Positions 6,531 through 14,148 of a stretch of DNA of 14,148 nucleotides are shown here, one piece after another. This DNA comes from a virus. The stretch's first letter is position 1. Every line of letters begins with the position of its first letter. The stretch lies in the UHGV virus genome UHGV-1727423, one strand, 5' to 3'. Below the pieces are notes generated by a model, which made no database searches, was not told where the DNA came from, and saw only the letters and a list, made by a program, of their open reading frames with translations. The translations under genes were made by a program, and so were the position numbers.

Positions 6531-9072
6531 ACCGGTAGGCGATCTGGTCGTTGATTTAAGTCTGGATGCGGCCAGATTTGACGAGCAGATGGCCAGAGTC
6601 AGGCGTCATTTTTCCGGTACGGAAAGTGATGCGAAAAAAACATCGGCAGTCGTTGAACAGTCGCTGAGCCGACAGGCGCTGGCTGCACAGAAAGCGGGGA
6701 TTTCCGTCGGGCAGTATAAAGCCGCCATGCGTATGCTGCCTGCACAGTTCACCGACGTGGCCACGCAGCTTGCAGGCGGGCAAAGTCCGTGGCTGATCCT
6801 GCTGCAACAGGGGGGGCAGGTGAAGGACTCCTTCGGCGGGATGATCCCCATGTTCAGGGGGCTTGCCGGTGCGATCACCCTGCCGATGGTGGGGGCCACC
6901 TCGCTGGCGGTGGCGACCGGTGCGCTGGCGTATGCCTGGTATCAGGGCAACTCAACCCTGTCCGATTTCAACAAAACGCTGGTCCTTTCCGGCAATCAGG
7001 CGGGACTGACGGCAGATCGTATGCTGGTCCTGTCCAGAGCCGGGCAGGCGGCAGGGCTGACGTTTAACCAGACCAGCGAGTCACTCAGCGCACTGGTTAA
7101 GGCTGGGGTAAGCGGTGAGGCTCAGATTGCATCCATCAGCCAGAGTGTGGCGCGTTTCTCCTCTGCATCCGGGGTGGAGGTGGACAAGGTCGCTGAAGCC
7201 TTCGGGAAGCTGACCACAGACCCGACGTCAGGGCTGACAGCGATGGCACGCCAGTTCCATAACGTGACGGCGGAGCAGATTGCGTATGTTGCTCAGTTGC
7301 AGCGTTCCGGCGATGAAGCCGGGGCATTGCAGGCGGCGAACGAGGCCGCGACGAAAGGGTTTGATGACCAGACCCGCCGCCTGAAAGAGAACATGGGTAC
7401 GCTGGAGACCTGGGCAGACAGGACAGCGCGGGCATTCAAATCCATGTGGGATGCGGTGCTGGATATTGGTCGTCCTGATACCGCGCAGGAGATGCTGATT
7501 AAGGCAGAGGCTGCGTTTAAGAAAGCGGACGACATCTGGAGTCTGCGCAAGGATGATTATTTTGTTAACGATGAAGCGCGGGCGCGTTACTGGGATGATC
7601 GTGAAAAGGCCCGTCTTGCGCTTGAAGCCGCCAGAAAGAAGGCTGAACAGCAGACTCAACAGGACAAAAATGCGCAGCAGCAGAGCGATACCGAAGCGTC
7701 ACGGCTGAAATATACCGAAGAGGCGCAGAAGGCTTACGAACGCCTGCAGACGCCGCTAGAGAAATATACCGCCCGTCAGGAAGAACTGAACAAGGCACTG
7801 AAAGACGGGAAAATCCTGCAGGCGGATTACAACACGCTGATGGCGGCGGCGAAAAAGGATTATGAAGCGACGCTGAAAAAGCCGAAACAGTCCGGCGTGA
7901 AGGTGTCTGCGGGCGATCGTCAGGAGGACAGTGCTCATGCTGCCCTGCTGACGCTTCAGGCAGAACTCCGGACGCTGGAGAAGCATGCCGGAGCGAATGA
8001 GAAAATCAGCCAGCAGCGCCGGGATTTGTGGAAGGCAGAAAGTCAGTTCGCGGTACTGGAGGAGACGGCACAACGTCGCCAGCTGTCCGCACAGGAGAAA
8101 TCCCTGCTGGCGCATAAAGATGAGACGCTGGAGTACAAACGCCAGCTGGCTGCACTTGGCGACAAGGTTACGTATCAGGAGCGCCTGAACGCGCTGGCGC
8201 AGCAGGCGGATAAATTCGCACAGCAGCAACGGGCAAAACGGGCCGCCATTGATGCAAAAAACCGGGGGCTGACTGACCGGCAGGCAGCGCGGGAAGCCAC
8301 GGAACAGCGCCTGAAGGAACAGTATGGCGATAATCCTCTGGCGCTGAATAACGTCATGTCAGAGCAGAAAAAGACCTGGGCGGCTGAAGACCAGCTTCGC
8401 GGGAGCTGGATGGCAGGCCTGAAGTCCGGCTGGAGTGAGTGGGAAGAGAGCGCCACGGACAGTATGTCGCAGGTAAAAAGTGCAGCCACGCAGACCTTTG
8501 ATGGTATTGCACAGAATATGGCGGCGATGCTGACCGGCAGTGAGCAGAACTGGCGCAGCTTCACCCGTTCCGTGCTGTCCATGATGACAGAAATTCTGCT
8601 TAAGCAGGCAATGGTGGGGATTGTCGGGAGTATCGGCAGCGCCATTGGCGGCGGCGCATCAGCGTCAGGCGGTACAGCCATTCAGGCAGCTGCGGCGAAA
8701 TTCCATTTTGCGGCCGGAGGGTTTACGGGAACCGGCGGCAAATATGAGCCAGCGGGGATTGTTCACCGTGGTGAATTTGTCTTCACGAAGGAGGCAACCA
8801 GCCGGATTGGCGTAGGAAATCTTTACCGGCTGATGCGCGGCTATGCCACCGGCGGTTATGTCGGTACACCGGGCAGCATGGCGGACAGCCGGTCGCAGGC
8901 GTCCGGGACGCTTGAGCAGAATAACCATGTGGTGATTAACAACGACGGCACGAACGGTCAGATAGGGCCACAGGCACTGAAGGCGGTTTATGACGTAGCC
9001 CGTAAGGCGGCAATGGATGTTGTGACCGGGCAGATGCGCGATGGTGGTCTGTTCTCCGGAGGTGGACGATGA
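6523..9072 (+). CDS. H: Tail tape measure protein H
   Basis: ATG at 6523 after AGGAGG, overlapping the T stop (ATGGCTGA). 849 aa, MAEPVGDLVVDLSLDAARFDEQMARVRRHF.... Long coiled-coil-like central region and a Gly-rich C-terminal part. Stop overlaps the M start (ATGA). Confidence 0.93.
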   Translation: MAEPVGDLVVDLSLDAARFDEQMARVRRHFSGTESDAKKTSAVVEQSLSRQALAAQKAGISVGQYKAAMRMLPAQFTDVATQLAGGQSPWLILLQQGGQVKDSFGGMIPMFRGLAGAITLPMVGATSLAVATGALAYAWYQGNSTLSDFNKTLVLSGNQAGLTADRMLVLSRAGQAAGLTFNQTSESLSALVKAGVSGEAQIASISQSVARFSSASGVEVDKVAEAFGKLTTDPTSGLTAMARQFHNVTAEQIAYVAQLQRSGDEAGALQAANEAATKGFDDQTRRLKENMGTLETWADRTARAFKSMWDAVLDIGRPDTAQEMLIKAEAAFKKADDIWSLRKDDYFVNDEARARYWDDREKARLALEAARKKAEQQTQQDKNAQQQSDTEASRLKYTEEAQKAYERLQTPLEKYTARQEELNKALKDGKILQADYNTLMAAAKKDYEATLKKPKQSGVKVSAGDRQEDSAHAALLTLQAELRTLEKHAGANEKISQQRRDLWKAESQFAVLEETAQRRQLSAQEKSLLAHKDETLEYKRQLAALGDKVTYQERLNALAQQADKFAQQQRAKRAAIDAKNRGLTDRQAAREATEQRLKEQYGDNPLALNNVMSEQKKTWAAEDQLRGSWMAGLKSGWSEWEESATDSMSQVKSAATQTFDGIAQNMAAMLTGSEQNWRSFTRSVLSMMTEILLKQAMVGIVGSIGSAIGGGASASGGTAIQAAAAKFHFAAGGFTGTGGKYEPAGIVHRGEFVFTKEATSRIGVGNLYRLMRGYATGGYVGTPGSMADSRSQASGTLEQNNHVVINNDGTNGQIGPQALKAVYDVARKAAMDVVTGQMRDGGLFSGGGR

Positions 9073-9398
9073 AAACCTTCCGCTGGAAAGTGAAACCCGG
9101 TATGGATGTGGCTTCGGCCCCTTCCGTAAGAAAGGTGCGCTTTGGTGATGGCTATTCCCAGCGAGCGCCTGCCGGGCTGAATGCCGACCTGAAAACGTAC
9201 AGCGTGACGCTTTCTGTTCCCCGTTGGGAGGCCACGGCGCTTGAGTCGTTTCTGGCTGAGCACGGGGGCTGGAAATCCTTTCTGTGGACGCCGCCTTATG
9301 AGTGGCGGCAGATAAAGGTGACCTGCGCAAAATGGTCGTCGCGGGTCAGTATGCTGCGTGTTGAGTTCAGCGCAGAGTTTGAACAGGTGGTGAACTGA
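9069..9398 (+). CDS. M: Tail tip assembly protein M
   Basis: 109 aa, MKTFRWKVKPGMDVASAPSVRKVRFGDGYSQRAP.... Same length and position as lambda gpM. Confidence 0.88.
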   Translation: MKTFRWKVKPGMDVASAPSVRKVRFGDGYSQRAPAGLNADLKTYSVTLSVPRWEATALESFLAEHGGWKSFLWTPPYEWRQIKVTCAKWSSRVSMLRVEFSAEFEQVVN

Positions 9399-10096
9399 TG
9401 CAGGATATCCGGCAGGAAACACTGAATGAATGCACTCGTGCGGAGCAGTCGGCCAGCGTGGTGCTCTGGGAAATCGATCTGACAGAGGTCGGTGGAGAAC
9501 GTTATTTTTTCTGTAATGAGCAGAACGAAAAAGGTGAGCCGGTCACCTGGCAGGGGCGACAGTATCAGCCGTATCCCATTCAGGGGAGTGGTTTTGAACT
9601 GAATGGCAAAGGCACCAGTACGCGCCCCACGCTGACGGTTTCTAACCTGTACGGTATGGTCACCGGGATGGCGGAAGATCTGCAGAGTCTGGTCGGCGGA
9701 ACGGTGGTCCGGCGTAAGGTTTACGCCCGTTTTCTGGATGCGGTGAACTTCGTCAACGGAAACAGCGATGCCGATCCGGAGCAGGAGGTGATCAGCCGCT
9801 GGCGCATCGAGCAGTGCAGCGAACTGAGCGCGGTCAGTGCCTCTTTTGTACTGTCCACGCCGACGGAAACGGACGGCGCTGTTTTTCCGGGACGAATCAT
9901 GCTGGCCAACACCTGCACCTGGACCTATCGCGGCGATGAGTGCGGTTATAGCGGTCCGGCTGTCGCGGATGAATATGACCAGCCAACGTCCGATATCACG
10001 AAGGATAAATGCAGCAAATGCCTGAGCGGTTGTAAGTTCCGCAATAATGTCGGCAACTTTGGCAGCTTCCTTTCCATTAACAAACTTTCGCAGTAA
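9398..10096 (+). CDS. L: Tail tip protein L, with C-terminal Cys cluster
   Basis: 232 aa, MQDIRQETLNECTRAEQSASVVLWEIDLTEVGGERYFF.... TGATG overlap with M. C-terminal Cys cluster (C-x7-C, CSKCLSGC) consistent with the reported iron-sulfur site of gpL. Confidence 0.88.
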   Translation: MQDIRQETLNECTRAEQSASVVLWEIDLTEVGGERYFFCNEQNEKGEPVTWQGRQYQPYPIQGSGFELNGKGTSTRPTLTVSNLYGMVTGMAEDLQSLVGGTVVRRKVYARFLDAVNFVNGNSDADPEQEVISRWRIEQCSELSAVSASFVLSTPTETDGAVFPGRIMLANTCTWTYRGDECGYSGPAVADEYDQPTSDITKDKCSKCLSGCKFRNNVGNFGSFLSINKLSQ

Positions 10097-10101
10097 ATCC
10101 C

Positions 10102-10845
10102 ATGACAGAGACAGAATCAGCGATTCTGGCGCACGCCCGGCGATGTGCGGCAGCGGAGTCGTGCGGCTTCGTGGTGAGAACGCCGGAGGAGGAAAGATAT
10201 TTTCCCTGCGTGAATATCTCCGGTGAGCCGGAGGCGTATTTCCGGATGTCGCCGGAGGACTGGCTGAGTGCAGAAATGCAGGGAGAGATTGTGGCGCTGG
10301 TCCACAGCCACCCCGGTGGTCTGCCCTGGCTGAGTGAGGCCGACCGGCGGCTGCAGGTGCAGAGTGATTTGCCGTGGTGGCTGGTCTGCCGGGGGGCGAT
10401 TCACAAGTTCCGCTGTGTGCCGCATCTCACCGGGCGGCGCTTTGAGCACGGGGTGACGGACTGTTACACGCTGTTACGGGATGCTTATCATCTGGCGGGG
10501 ATTGAGATGCCGGATTTTCATCGCGAGGATGACTGGTGGTGTCACGGTCAGAATCTCTATCTGGATAATCTGGAGGCCACAGGGCTGTATCAGGTGCCGT
10601 TGTCAGCGGCGCAGCCGGGCGATGTGCTGCTGTGCTGTTTTGGTTCATCGGTGCCGAATCATGCCGCTATTTACTGCGGCGACGGCGAGCTGCTGCACCA
10701 TATTCCTGAACAACTGAGCAAACGAGAGAGGTATACCGACAAATGGCAGCGACGCACACACTCCCTCTGGCGTTACCGGGCATGGCACGCATCTGCCTTT
10801 ACGGGGATTTACAACGATTTGGCCGCCGCATCGACCTTCGTGTGA
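10102..10845 (+). CDS. K: Tail tip assembly protein K (JAMM/MPN metalloprotease-like N-domain plus NlpC/P60-like C-domain)
   Basis: ATG at 10102, 5 nt after the L stop. 247 aa. JAMM motif HSHPGGLPWLSEAD (HxHx7Sx2D) and an NlpC/P60-type Cys (VTDCYTLL) and His (NHAAIY). The 3' end overlaps I by 103 nt in another frame. Confidence 0.85.
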   Translation: MTETESAILAHARRCAAAESCGFVVRTPEEERYFPCVNISGEPEAYFRMSPEDWLSAEMQGEIVALVHSHPGGLPWLSEADRRLQVQSDLPWWLVCRGAIHKFRCVPHLTGRRFEHGVTDCYTLLRDAYHLAGIEMPDFHREDDWWCHGQNLYLDNLEATGLYQVPLSAAQPGDVLLCCFGSSVPNHAAIYCGDGELLHHIPEQLSKRERYTDKWQRRTHSLWRYRAWHASAFTGIYNDLAAASTFV

Positions 10846-11414
10846 AAACGGGAGCTGAAGCCATCCGCGCACTGGCCACACAGCTCCCGGCGTTTCGTCA
10901 GAAACTGAGCGACGGCTGGTATCAGGTACGGATTGCCGGGCGGGACGTCAGCACGTCCGGGTTGACGGCGCAGTTACATGAGACTCTGCCTGATGGCGCT
11001 GTGATTCATATTGTTCCCAGAGTCGCCGGGGCCAAGTCAGGTGGCGTATTCCAGATTGTTCTGGGGGCTGCCGCCATTGCCGGATCATTCTTTACTGCCG
11101 GAGCCACCCTTGCAGCATGGGGGGCAGCCATTGGGGCCGGTGGTATGACCGGTATCCTGTTTTCTCTCGGTGCCAGTATGGTGCTCGGTGGTGTGGCGCA
11201 GATGCTGGCACCGAAAGCCAGGACGCCCACGGCAGCAAGTACAGATAACGGCAAACAGAACACCTATTTCTCCTCACTGGATAACATGGTTGCCCAGGGC
11301 AATGTTCTGCCCGTTCTGTACGGTGAAATGCGCGTGGGGTCGCGGGTGGTCTCTCAGGAGATCAGCACGGCAGACGAAGGGGATGGTGGTCAGGTTGTGG
11401 TGATTGGTCGCTGA
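10743..11414 (+). CDS. I: Tail tip assembly protein I
   Basis: 223 aa, MAATHTLPLALPGMARICLYGDLQRFGRRIDLRVKTGAEAIR.... Gly/Ala-rich hydrophobic segment in the middle. Same length as lambda gpI. Confidence 0.86.
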   Translation: MAATHTLPLALPGMARICLYGDLQRFGRRIDLRVKTGAEAIRALATQLPAFRQKLSDGWYQVRIAGRDVSTSGLTAQLHETLPDGAVIHIVPRVAGAKSGGVFQIVLGAAAIAGSFFTAGATLAAWGAAIGAGGMTGILFSLGASMVLGGVAQMLAPKARTPTAASTDNGKQNTYFSSLDNMVAQGNVLPVLYGEMRVGSRVVSQEISTADEGDGGQVVVIGR

Positions 11415-11431
11415 TGAAAAACGTTTATGTG

Positions 11432-11452
11432 AAACCGCCTCCGGGCGGTTTT
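11432..11452 (+). terminator. Terminator-like hairpin in the I-J intergenic region (AAACCGCC-TCCG-GGCGGTTT then T)
   Basis: 8-bp perfect stem (11432-11439 with 11444-11451), 4-nt loop, T-rich 3' side. Lies in the 59-bp gap upstream of the J Shine-Dalgarno GAGGAA. Confidence 0.35.
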
Positions 11453-11473
11453 GTCGTTTATGGAGCGTGAGGA

Positions 11474-14148
<2,675 letters not shown>

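Noticed and set aside
7756-8229. 157-aa minus-strand ORF, and several other 80-220 aa minus-strand ORFs between 6556 and 9422, inside H
   Set aside because: All are antisense to the tape measure gene. Nothing on the minus strand matches the operon organisation, which is entirely + strand.

Overview
The whole window is one co-directional (+ strand) late morphogenesis operon of a phage lambda-like siphovirus or prophage, colinear gene-for-gene with lambda B through J: portal C-terminus, head protease/scaffold C-Nu3, D, E, FI, FII, Z, U, V, G/G-T, H, M, L, K, I and the first ~890 codons of J, which runs off the 3' end. Intergenic gaps are at most 60 bp and there are no cargo genes, tRNAs, CRISPR arrays or IS elements. 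Two lesions stand out in an otherwise intact module: (1) a 29-bp quasi-palindromic insertion/duplication at 1325-1353 that frameshifts the shared C/Nu3 reading frame, and (2) an in-frame TAG at 11939-11941 that cuts J after codon 155. Together they predict a morphogenesis-defective prophage, an amber-conditional phage, or assembly errors. I see no evidence of a novel system here. Gene identities rest on lambda protein sequences and coordinates recalled from memory, not on a database search.
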